Shown here in pieces: positions 12,354 through 24,304 of a stretch of DNA of 58,896 bases (position 1 is its first letter; each line of letters starts with the position of its first letter). Under the pieces are notes generated by a model. That model had not been told where the DNA came from, did not search any database, and worked only from the letters and a program-made list of their open reading frames with translations. The stretch is from Negaprion brevirostris (taxonomy: Eukaryota): contig JARDVH010000001.1 of assembly GCA_030324005.1 (NCBI GenBank), positions 146,479,945-146,538,840 on the forward strand, in the 5' to 3' direction. The translations under genes and the position numbers were made by a program.

Positions 12354-13621
12354 CTGGCAGGAAGAGAAACAGTTCAACAGACTTCCATTACTGAACATGA
12401 CTGATAACCAGCAATTTCTTCAATAAAGTTTTGAAAGCAATTTTGCATGGCTATAGATAGTGGACTGGTAGGCTATTCCAAGAGCGATATCATAAATCCA
12501 GTCAACATAGCAGCTAAAAAGTCCCGGAAATAAATCAAGATCATTAGGCTCTCCATATCTGTCCAAGAGGGGAGGACATCGGATGGGATGCATTTGACAT
12601 ATTAACTTTATTTTGTCAAAGGATCCAGAAAGAATAATCTGCTCACATGGGACAATAATCAAATAAACACTCCAACAGTTTTCGTTGGATTTAAATCAGG
12701 GTAACAACTAAGAATTCATTTGTTATGTACCAAAGAGCAACCAAACCGGAACAGCCCTGGCAGAAGGACTGTCTGATATACTCTCCCAAGTGCATATCAC
12801 TAATGCTCTATTGTCTGGGGACCCAAATCTTCTTTCATGTTTCATTTCAGCTAATATTAAGTGAATAACTTAGTTGAAATTTACGGGCCAAAACGACAAT
12901 AATCAGTTAATGTGATGGCGCAAGCACAAAAGCAAGTCAACCAGCACCTCCAAGTACTTGTTGCGGAACCTATACCAAACCACAGTTTTCGGGTTCCAAT
13001 GTTCATGGCGAGGACTAGAGATGTAATAATTGTCAGGTATATCCAAGGCTCAGTGAACAAAGGAAACATTAGACAAAATTATTAACTGGTTTTCTTGAAG
13101 CCTATTACCAATATAGAATACATTGGAATTTAAAGGCCATGGCAGTGACCCCATCCACTGGCTGGAAAGCCAGGGGCAACACTGCCACAGCCATTTCTAG
13201 AAGGCCTGAGAGGATTAGATATTAAATCAGGCAGTTTACTGCCTGGTGTCAGGACTACCATGTCTTCAGAAATCCAGCCTCCAAGTCCGACAGCACCACT
13301 GGAAGCAATGGTAACTGCTGGCCCTGCAAGAAGCCAGGAGCAGCAGGCATGGATCAGTCCCCAGAATTAGCTAAGCAGGGACCCTGGCCACTCAGGATAG
13401 CATTTCACCCTCATCTTCTCTCCCAATTCTACTGCACCATCACCATGTTCCCAGGGGGAAGAGAAGGATTACATTTCTCTCATTGCCTTTTGGGGGGGAA
13501 AAGGAGTGAACACTCTGAAAACTAAGAATTTTAAGAGGTGCTCTGCACAAAATCCTTGCTGAATTGACAAATTCAGCCCATAACAGAAAATTTAGACTCC
13601 ACAACATGGGTGTATGATAAA

Positions 13622-14158
13622 GATGTGAAGATGCCAGTGTTGGACTGGGGTAAGCACAGTAAGAAGTCTCAATACCAGGTTAAAGTCCAACAGATTTGTC
13701 AGCACTAGCTTTCAGAATCTCAAGCTCCTTCATCAGGTGAGAGAGGACTTGTAAATTGAGTTTGTCTTTATATGCCCTGCTTGTGTTCACAAACTAATGG
13801 TTGGAATGCGAGTCTTTACAGGTAATCAAGTCTTAAAAGGTACAGACAGTGCAGGTGGAGAGAGGGTTAAGCACATGTTAAAGAGATGTGTATTGTCTCC
13901 AGCCTGGGCTGGCAATACACATCTCTTTAACCTGTGCTTAACCCTTTCTCCACTCATACCATCCGTACCTTGAAGACTTGATTACCTTTAAAGACTTGCA
14001 TTCCAACCATGATCTTGTAAATTGAGTTTGTCTCTTTATATGTCCTATTTGTGAACATAACTTCCACTCACCTGATGAAGGAGCTTGAGGCTCTGAATGC
14101 TATGCTGACAAATAAACCTGTTGGACTTTAACTTGGTGTAGTGAGACTTCTGACCGTG
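13622..14158. mobile_element. Penelope-derived non-autonomous fold-back element with a hammerhead-like motif in each arm
   Basis: Arms about 13655-13904 and 13907-14158 are reverse complements around ccagcc-tg-ggctgg. Extra terminal tail on the left; imperfect flanking repeat atgataaag/ataataaag; CTGATGA...GAAA motif. Confidence 0.75.
13703..13739 (-). ncRNA. Putative minimal type I hammerhead ribozyme motif
   Basis: Minus strand reads CAC-CUGAUGA-AGGAGC UUGA GAUUCU-GAAA-GC-UA-GUG: both core boxes, stem II, a palindromic AGCU in place of stem III, and a 3-bp stem I. Activity untested. Confidence 0.5.
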
Positions 14159-14367
14159 AATAATAAAGGCCAGATAATATTTGAAAATGGAGGAAGCTCA
14201 GGTGACCCAAATAAATTGTCTAAGGGTCAAATGGGTTGGAAGAATGGGAACTAGATCAGATTATTCCTATCCATCTTCATTCAATGTGATTTAAGCAGAC
14301 AAATCCATCCTATCAGAGCACAATCTTGATTAACATTTTGCTTGGAAACAAGTCAGAAACATTGCCA

Positions 14368-14666
14368 TAGAATCCGTGCAGACGGAGGCCATTTGGCCCA
14401 CTGACTGGCAGAATTCCTGACCCCAGCCATTTCCCCACACATTTATCCATCTAACCTACACATCTTGGAACACTACGGGGCAATTTACCATGGTCAATCC
14501 ACCTCACCCGCACATCACTACAGGAGGAAACTGGAGCATCCAGAGGAAACTCATGCAGACATGGGGAGAACATGCAAACTCCACAGACAGTCACCCAAAG
14601 CCAGAATTGAACCCAGGTACCTGGTGCCAAGGCAGCAGTGCTAACCTCTGTGCCACCATGATGCCC
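14368..14666 (-). mobile_element. HE1/V-SINE
   Basis: Reverse-strand tRNA head, V core and CR1-like tail. Confidence 0.8.
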
Positions 14667-15216
14667 TCCACAAGATGGAACAACAATATTTCACCTGTTC
14701 CATAGAAGTGGGAAGAATCAGCCTGAAAGAAGTTTCTTATTTTGCCTGCAAGCAACAAATCACTAAATCCCCAACATTGTAAACACTCCATAGCCAGGTA
14801 GGCCATTCAGAGAAAGGCTGAGGCACACAGAACAGTAACTAATCAAGGACATATCAGCAATGTCACTGTATTAAGCTTTATTCTGAGGACATGAACACTG
14901 GCAAAATAAATTAGGAGATGCTATTGCTGTAAAGTGTAAGCACAAACTTTTCAGGGGCTTGCTAGCCCATGTCATCATATGCAGTATAACACTGATTTCT
15001 TCCAGCAAAAAATAGCCCAATTTTATGAAACAGTACAGGTTTTAGATTCTGTACCTGTATGGCTATCATTGAGCTGATAAAATAGCTAGGTAGGTACATA
15101 AAAAACCTCATTAAAGAAAATTCTAATAAGCATTAAAAATGCTCTCACATAACTATTAATTAATTTAAAAAAGTCATTGGATAACTGAAAATTTTTGAAA
15201 TGATTATTTCACTTAC

Positions 15217-15312
15217 CAGATAAGAAGTTAAGAGGTAGCCTTCTAGGCACAAGCCCTTTAGGATACTTAGTCCAAGCATTTTCATAGACATCAAGTCGCT
15301 CCTCGACATTGA
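15217..15312 (-). CDS. NAA15: NAA15 exon 8 (96 nt) [31 protein letters not shown]
   Basis: Acceptor ctttag, donor gtaagt; manual translation. Confidence 0.95.
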
Positions 15313-15498
15313 CTAAAGATAGAATTTGAAAAGAAAACAGTTCATAGGGTTAAGTTAATTCTATAAATCAAAAATGAAATAGATTGAAAAGCTGACTCTT
15401 CAATGGTTTAGCATCATCTGCTGATCAGCTAAACAATGCAAAAAGTGCCGATTTCAGGTTGGGTTAACTCAATTGCAAAAACTGGGGACAGCACTTCT

Positions 15499-15983
15499 TA
15501 GAATCATAGAACCCTACAGTGCAGAAAGAGACCATTCAGCCCACTGAGTCTGCACCGACCACAATCCCACCTAGGCCCTATCCCCATATCCCCATGCATT
15601 TACCCGAGCTAGTCTCCCTGAAGGGGTAATTTAGCATTCACAATCCANNNNNNNNNNNNNNNNNNNNNNNNNNNNNNNNNNNNNNNNNNNNNNNNNNNNN
15701 NNNNNNNNNNNNNNNNNNNNNNNNNNNNNNNNNNNNNNNNNNNNNNNAGGGGCAATTTTAGCATGGCCAATCAACCTAAACCACACATCTTTGGACTGTG
15801 GGAGGAAACCCATGCAGACACGAGGAGAATGTGCAAACTCCACATAGACAGTGACCCAAGCTGGGAATTGAACCCAGGTCCCAGGAGCTGTGAAGCAGCA
15901 GTGATAACCACTGTGCTACCATGCCACCCACTAAGGGGCAATTTTAGCATGGCCAATCAACCTGACCTACACATCTTTGGACT
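15499..15983 (-). mobile_element. HE1/V-SINE spanning a gap, followed by a duplicated internal segment (15931-15983)
   Basis: Tail tagaatcatagaaccctacagtgcag; head ends about 15929; repeated aggggcaattttagcatggccaatcaacct. Confidence 0.8.
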
Positions 15984-17580
15984 CCAAGGACTTGTACTCA
16001 TTGTTCCCCCACCTGATGGCTAACTAGCTTAATTAAAAATCTAGAAGATATACCTTGGGTCAGAGCCTAATATCAGACCTAATTATAATGCCCTACATTT
16101 TTGATGGAGCCATATGTAAGCATTGGGGTGAGGACAAAGAAAATAGGATGGAAAAAAAGCACACAGTACTTTCCACAACCCTTTATTTNNNNNNNNNNCA
16201 CCATCAAAACAAGTCCAGTCAATGTCCTTTTCCTCCTTATTCTGCCTAATTTACTAGAAACCATTCAAGTTCTGAATGACATTTCAAAGTGTTGACGCAG
16301 CAATCTGAAAACTAACTCCTTCTCCCAATGAAGGCAACTAAATCATTCATAGGCATGTGGAAATGCCACTCCACTGTCAATTAAGAATGGGTCTTCAAAA
16401 GAGTTCATGCCATGAGTGTCACTCCCATACCCAGTCTTACTACAGTAAGTGAAGGCCCTGCAAAATATAATACAAATCTAATTGCAAAACCAATGTTGCT
16501 GCACATCAAGTGGCTATTGCACAGAAAAAAAACAAAGCCATGTTCTTTACTTTGCAAAGTTAGTTAGACTTTACTTTGGTTGCCAACTCTAAAAGTTAAG
16601 GCTAACTAGAGTTTTAATAAGGTAATACATTAGAGGTCTGTCACTATGACTTCATAAAAACATTTCCAGATAAATTTATGGAACAGAAATTAGAATTCAA
16701 TCTTGAACTCTCTCTCATGCCAAACTCAGTCTTGCCTCTCTCTTTTTTTTTACATCCAAAGGAGCTCTGACTTGTAAGTATCTTTTGTCAGCCAAACACC
16801 AAACTCGTTTTGTTCAGAAACAGGATTATGCAACCGTTTGTAATGTGATCATACTTTAAAAGAATTTCTCTGCTCCAAGGACCAACGAACAAATTATGGA
16901 AAGATTTGGCATCTTAAACACCAATTTGAACGAAGTTGAGGTACGAAGAAAAGAAACAGCTTTCTGAGCAAGATCAAAGCAATATCAAAGTAATAAATAG
17001 ATAACCAAATGTAAGGTGATAGTGTTTCTCCAGTTCACTACCTACCCTTCCCAAATACATCTCGCTTCTCTTCACCCATCTCCACCCCTCACAGCAGTCT
17101 CTCTCTCCTCCTATTTCCAGCAGTCTCTATCCATCACTCTCCCACTCCCTGAAAACCTGTCCTCCTCCCCAAATTGTCCACTTCTAGTGTTCCAACCTCA
17201 GCCTGAATGTAGCAATTGTACATTGCTCATCCAATCAGACTGCTTCTCTGTTTCAGTACTGAGCCTATCAGCAGCAAACAGGAGATAAATTGCTTGTGAT
17301 TGGTGGAGCAGCTCCTGACAATGTTCCACTCTACTTTGCAGCACTCCAGGTCTGCTGGGCAGGAGCAGCATGGCAGGCCAGATTTGGGCTGCAGGCCACG
17401 GACTGGACAAGCCTGTTCCACAGCAACACAGCAATTATAGACTGTTGACTACCTTTCGAATTAATTTTGAGAACTTAAAAGGAACTTGCCAAAAAGCATA
17501 GCAGTTAAAATCCACAATCTAAGCTTTAACAATACTAGGCACCTTAACAGAAATGGCCACAATTCCAAGCATAAACTTAC

Positions 17581-17700
17581 CAGGCCTCAATGCTTTTTCT
17601 AATCCTTCATAATAGGCCCAGTTTTCAGGGTTTCTCTCCAGCAATCGCCTGTACACCTCTGCAGCCTCCTTTAGTCTGTTCAGTTTTAACATCAGTTCTC
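17581..17700 (-). CDS. NAA15: NAA15 exon 7 (120 nt) [39 protein letters not shown]
   Basis: Acceptor aaacag, donor gtaagt; manual translation. Confidence 0.95.
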
Positions 17701-18489
17701 CTGTTTCAGATCAGAACACATCTTACATCGTAACAGTTATACTCCAAAGTTAACATTGGATGGAACATATTACCCATTGAATATTTTAAAATTACAGACA
17801 CTTAAATTTGTTGAACTTTGGATGATGGACAAGGTGCCCAATAAATGTTAACATGCAAAACTTCAGAAAAATATGGACTCTAAATGTGCTACTGGAACAT
17901 GCAGTGTGTGCTTAAAAGCTACTTGTGAACCATGCAATCAAGCTTTAAATTGCACTTGGTGGTTGTGCAGCCAACAGGGACTAAATGCAAAATAACAGAA
18001 CCTAATTTCTTAATTCAGAATTTGTAAAATTTGTAGATCTCATGAACCCATGAGGTTACAAGGGTTTTGAACTTTGTATTTTTTATTTCCATCCGAAAAT
18101 TTTTAAAAACCCATAACATTTTTGATGGCCAGACGAAGAAAGTAGTGCATTTGAAAGCTACAGTTACACAATTGATTGGCTTTACTTGATTAATTGTGTA
18201 ATTTCATAATTCCTGAAGTAGATGCAAAATCAGTGATTCCCAAGCTGAGGTCCATGAAGGGTCTACAAGGCACCTGCAAAGCTGACGGCCACCACGTGAC
18301 TGGGAAATGCTGGTCTGGACACACAATGTATAAATAATACGCAAAAATCGAACAGGTCAGAGTAAGACCTCCTGGAGCTTTTGATGCAGATAGGCTGAGG
18401 TGAGGCAGGAGACTAATCAGTTGGGAGCTGCATAGCTTAGGCCTAGGGAAAAATAAAGTTTTTGCCTTGGTGAGGGCCACATGCGCGGG

Positions 18490-18745
18490 CAAGAACACGA
18501 GACATGCGAAATGTGCTTGAGCAAGAGAGAATGAGAGACAGGCATGCATGTGTATGAGAACATGAAACAGAGAAGTGTGTGAGAGAACGAGAGAGGTGCA
18601 CGTGAGACAATGAAAGACAGAGATGAGTGTGTTCGTGAGAGAACGAGACCAGAAGATGGCAACACGTGCATATGCAAGACTGGGAACTGTGTGCCCAAGC
18701 AAGAGTGATGCGTGTGCATATGTCCGAGGCAAAGAGCCGTGTGCC
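18490..18745. repeat. Degenerate GA/GT-rich low-complexity tract
   Basis: Repeated gagaga, gtgtgt and gagaacgaga units. Confidence 0.55.
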
Positions 18746-19190
18746 CGATATTAGAACAGGCTTTCCAGCATCATTCCTCCCATTAAAAATAACAAAGGGT
18801 AAAACTTAGATACTTTTAATCAAAGAACATTTCAATTATTCCCAGATTAATATATGCATAGACATAGGTAGAAATCACTCCAATTTGATTTCTGTGTTCG
18901 CACCTATTTCAAGGCAAAAAAAAGAGCACCGATATTATGATAGTGGTTGGGGTTCTTCAAAGCTCTCAATAAGTCACTAGAGGTTCCCTGGCTCGAGGAG
19001 ATTGAGAATATACCAATTCTTCCAAAACAAAAATAATTTCGAAAACAAGTTATTCAACATTAATCTTTAACCAAATTCACCAATTTAAATTTTAGTACTT
19101 CCATATTTCTCCCAACACTTAAAACCAAAAGTGGACAGTGTACAAATATTAGTATTCCTACAAATCGTAACAAAGAGAAATTTGCTCTAC

Positions 19191-19344
19191 CTTGGCACTC
19201 CTCCACAGCCAATTTGTCACAAATTTGTTTTTCATGATTGTCAAGATGCTCCAGAGCCTCTTTATACATCCCTCCTTCCCGCAGCACTTGGTTCTGGTAG
19301 AGCAGCAGTTCACTATATTCATAATCAATTTTATCAGGAGAAGC
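19191..19344 (-). CDS. NAA15: NAA15 exon 6 (154 nt) [51 protein letters not shown]
   Basis: Overlaps ORF 19060..19287; acceptor atatag, donor gtagag. Confidence 0.95.
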
Positions 19345-21779
19345 CTATATGCAAAACAAAAGGAATTTGGTCAATTATTTTGCTTAAGGATACATTAAAT
19401 ACACTTTACAACAGTAATTTAAAAAAAAATCAATTCCTGCCCACCCAACCCCATTGTGAAACAGTAATGTTTTTAGTTAGTAAGACTTTAGTGCAAAGTG
19501 TTAATGCTTTCTTTTTCTCCCAGAAATTCAATCACAGCTAGTCCTTGCAATATCCCACTCTTTACAGACATAGGTTATAAGCGAGGCAAAGGGGTATGGC
19601 GAGAAGTGTAATATGAGCCTATGTGCTTGACTAGATTTAAATTTTAACTTACCAAATACAGCATTTTCTATCATGCAATCAAATGCAACCACAGCTGAAT
19701 TCTATTCAGCGGCTGACTCAGATTTTTAAAAATTCTTTGCTTTTCCCAAAAAGCCAGAGAAACTAGTGCACAAGCCCAAAAAGACAACATAAATGTACAT
19801 CAGAAAAAGTATCATGATTTTCCATCTATTAATCTGAACAAGCAGAAAATCAACACTTTAAGGCAAGAATATCAGCTGACCAATAAAGTATTATTTGATG
19901 CTTACATCCCCAAAGTGCTAAAGGTGCCAGCAGTACTTCAGCTCTCATTCCTTTGACCCCTACCCCAAAACCATTACTACGTTATNNNNNNNNNNNNNNN
20001 NNNNNNNNNNNNNNNNNNNNNNNNNNNNNNNNNNNNNNNNNNNNNNNNNNNNNNNNNNNNNNNNNNNNNNNNNNNNNNNNNNNNNNNNNNNNNNNNNNNN
20101 NNNATCAGGAATTCATTCAGAGCTCTCAAATTTACAGAATATACCTTCCCGATGCTCTCATATCATTCTCAGTGATCCTAGCTCCTGTTCCAGTGTTCAT
20201 TATAAACTTGTGCTTCAATGTGGCCAGACCTCAAGGTGTGACTCAGATTATGGGAAAACATCAAAGAACTTCCAAAATCCTATAATCCCACTAGGTCCAT
20301 TCTGAAGGAAATTAACTTAGTGCCCGTGATTAAACCATCTCCATTAAGATCCCTGTTTTAATGAAAATTTCAATCACAATGTTAGGAGACATCTACCAGC
20401 AATGTACCCCCTACTTACATAGTGCATGGCCAATTTGTTGAAGTATGTGGTTGTGTGGGAACTTTCAGGTTGCAGCCACAGGGCTTGGAGAGAACATTGC
20501 TTGCTAGTATATTATTTCACATGTGCAATTATTGTGTGTCACATCTTTCACATTATAATTTAGCATAGCTTTACTTATAATGGACTGCCCATGTAAACTT
20601 CTCTTGCTCCAATTACACCTTCCTATCAAGTGGTGAAACTGCAGTGCTTTAGTTTTGCACCATACTCTCCTGGTAAAATAAACTATAAAAAGAATCTAAA
20701 GAGCCATAAAGTAGGAATGAATGTATGAATTACATTGGGAAATAATTGGAACAAAGGTAACCAATCCTAATCCCATTCCAGCTAAAGACTATTCTTGCTG
20801 TTGACTTCCTGAAATGCCACACGAGATTGACTAGCATAAAAATATCAAATAGCTGAAAAAAGATCCTACATTAAATTTCTTCTCAAAAATCATAACTTGC
20901 ATTTATCAAGCACCTTTTATACAGAAATAAACTCCAAAGAGTATCAAAACACAGATACTAAAACTGAAGGAGGAGATATTAGGAAGGGTGATGGAAAGAT
21001 TTAGATTTTTAAACGATAAGTCGCTGAGGAAGCTTTAGGAAAGGACTGAACAGTAAGCACAGCAGGAAGAGGCTTAAGAGGCTACAGCCAAGAAGAATTC
21101 AGTTGAGACACTGGGAAAGAGATCTGTTATAGGTCAGTGAAGCCAGGGTTATAGATGTGCTGAACCTAGGTAAGAGGTATGATACATGAGAATGTGGCAC
21201 AGGCTGAAGTTAACAGTGTACAGCATGGATGGCTAGCCAGAGGAATACTTGAATAGCTGAGTCTAAAGATGGATGAAACTAGCAACAAAGAGCTGTGCTA
21301 CTCTGCCTTTCTATCTTCCTTTAAGGTGCTCCTTAAAACTTTGGTCATCAGTCCTAATATTTCAGATGACTTGTCAAAATTTTGATAAAAATCCTATGAA
21401 GCAGCTCAACACATTTTACTTCAATAAAGGCTTTATATGAATTCAAGTAATTGTTTGACCAGATATTAGCCACTTCAGTTCTTTTCTGCACCTACAAAAT
21501 CCTACAGCACTCTTAGCAGATAAATAAAAGTAACTTTTGTTGAGTCAACTTAAAATCTATAACCACAACCTAAACAAAACTGCATTTCCAAAACCACATC
21601 CAGCTATGCACAAATATTGAACTATAAAATTCAAGCCCCACAATTTCATTAAGCACTGAGCTGCTACTACAACATAACACTACGTTAATAAGCCAACATA
21701 CCAGAATACTCCAATTAATAGAAACTTCTTACTAAAGCTGAAATGTACAAAATTTGCACAAGTGCAATCATATGTCACT

Positions 21780-23010
21780 TTGCAAGTCAAAGGGTAAGAA
21801 CTGGCATTCCACAGGATTGCTGCTGGAACTTCTGTTGTTCACCCATCACAAATGATTTGGACTAAGGAACTAGAAGTATAATTTCAAAATGCATGGACAA
21901 CATCAAATGTTGATGAATAAATAATCTGAAGATTGCAACAAAATACAAAACAACAACCACCTTGCAGAAAGGGTACACAAATTGCAAATAGATACCAGTG
22001 AGGTAATAAGCTTTGGTAGCATAACTAAGAAGCCATGCACTTTGGAAATTGAGGCTAAATGAGTTAGACTACGGTAGTGATCTTGAGGTACATTTACCCA
22101 GTTTTAGGGCCCTCATTGGCTCCACCACTCCTCTCATCAACCTATTATTTATATGCCAATGGATTCCTAGCCTCTTCTCAATTCCTACTTTGGATTTCTG
22201 TCGTCACTGTTCTGATCTTTCTATATTCAGTTGGGCTCTCACTTGAATTATCAATCTGACATCTTGCGTGTAATTTTTCTGCTTCATCTTACTCCCTATT
22301 TTATCTAGGGTGGGTGCGCTGGCTTTGGTTGCATTTTGTTTCCCCCTTGCGGAATGTACCTCTACTGAACTGTCTCCTCTTTAAAGTCGCCCAGTTGATC
22401 TTGTACATATTTGTTGCCAACTTTTGATGCCAATTTAAGTGGGACAGATTCATTCTCATTCCACTGAAATTGGTCCTCCTCTAAATCAAGAATTTTTACT
22501 TTAGATTACGCTTTGTCTTCTACATTGCTGACGTAAGCTATAGAATACTATGGTCACTGTTCCCCAAATGTCCCCTCTTGACACTTGATCCACCTAATTC
22601 CCCAGAACTGCCTTCATTATTAGACCAGAAGCATATTCATCAAGATAATGTTCCTGAATGCACTGTAGAAACTCTTCCCCACACCGTTCCCCCCCCATCC
22701 CTGCAAGTCTACATGACAATAATGGAAGTCTCTCATTTACACTATTCTACACTTTCTGTACTTCTATAACTTTTTCCTTGCAAAAAAGTTCCTCTACACC
22801 TTGCTACTATTTGACAATCTGTAGAAAACACTTGTGTAATGATACCTCTATTGTTTCTTAACAATAACCAAAAATAGATTCTCTCCTTTACCTCTCCAAG
22901 GCATCTTCTCTTTCCAGCGCTATAGCATTTTCTTTAAACAATACTGACGTCCCTCCTCCTCCTCTGTTATTCACTCTCAAACAAAAGAATGGTATNNNNN
23001 NNNNNCAATA
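21780..23010. mobile_element. Decayed CR1 fragments (+ about 21780-22080; - about 22090-23010)
   Basis: RT-like ggcattccacagga...aatgatttggac; the endonuclease-region segment is similar to 1030-1420. Confidence 0.5.
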
Positions 23011-23634
23011 ACCAAGATTTTCCAGATCTCCCTCTATGTGCTATATTTTCTATGCTGAGAGATTTTGATTTTTGTGGCTCTCTCCCTTGTTTGACAATGA
23101 TGTATATGCTCCTTCACTTGTCATAAAGTAAGCACCATCCTACATATTTTACAGAAGTATTCTTGATTTGCCTGGAAACATGGTCTTTTCACTGTGCACA
23201 AATTTTCTGGATAAATAACAAAGCTGAATTTCTCTGATGGTACCTATTGCAGAACCTTTGATTTCACAGTTCCATACTAATTTCTATGCACATGGACAGC
23301 CCATCTAGTTTATTACATTCAAGTAGTCAATCTTGATTCAACAATTTACAACAAGGAATGGAAGTTTTTTTAGTCTTAAGCTTTAAAACCGAGCTACTGC
23401 CCACAGGTGGGAAAAGAGACATATTCTCTATGTGATGTCAGTGGTGGTCAAAATTTGGACCAGGTGCAGTCAATGGCTTTTACTCTTCTATGTTGACATT
23501 TTGTTCCATGATCTAGTCATATTGATCCACTAGTTTGCAGTCAAGCTTTTAAGCAGAGACCCCAGCACTGTGTCAGACCTCCATTTGGGAAAGTCTGAGC
23601 AATATCAAAAAAGGAAGACTTATTTATATCAAAG

Positions 23635-23782
23635 ACAGAAAATGCTGGAGAAACTCAGGCCCAACAGCACCTGTCAGATGCGCGAGAATCTATTTTCTCT
23701 CCACAGATGCTGTCAGACATGCTGAGTTTCCCCAGCAATTTCTGTTTGTTTCAGATTCCAGCATCCACCGTATTTTGTCTTT
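23635..23782. mobile_element. Short fold-back repeat of a second family, probably also Penelope-derived
   Basis: About 42-bp inverted arms (23635-23675 / 23703-23745) plus a one-sided tail ttcagattccagcatc. Decayed relatives near 27030-27140, 33560-33635 and 47540-47645. Confidence 0.55.
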
Positions 23783-24304
23783 ACTTCTAACTATATGGTG
23801 CTCTTCACGAGCAACATCTCAAAATCACTTTTACAGCTGATTCAGTACTTCTGTAGTTCACATAATACAAGATAATTATTAACAGGGGAATTATCAATCA
23901 TTCCCATTCTGACTGGTACTTGTGGTGTCAGCGTGAGAAATACTTATTTGTTGATTACTAATTTTGATAGAGTTTTTTTTTACAAGAGTAATGAAGATTC
24001 AGAAAACATTGACTTGGTGATTCTATTAGGCAAAGAATTAATGCAGAGTAAAAATGGGTAGTTTTTGAAAACATTCTGAAGATCAAAGAAGCCATGTTTG
24101 CCAAGGGTTAAAAACAGGACACCTTAACACGCAAAAGCAAATTAGACTTCTCTTCCCAATTTACAGACAAAAAGAAACAATTAAGGGAAACAAAAGCAAC
24201 TGTCAAGCCAAGGACTAATTAAATTGACAAGTTGACTGCAGTAACATTGGCAAAAGCGTCTTGAAGCTACATTATAAATCAGAGAATTAAGGGTTTTTTC
24301 CCTT

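Noticed and set aside
14069-14105. Plus-strand hammerhead copy as an active ribozyme
   Set aside because: The GAAA box is mutated to GAAT, stem I is disrupted, and it is antisense to NAA15.
18190-18732. 180-aa ORF
   Set aside because: Arises from a low-complexity GA/GT tract; no recognisable domain.
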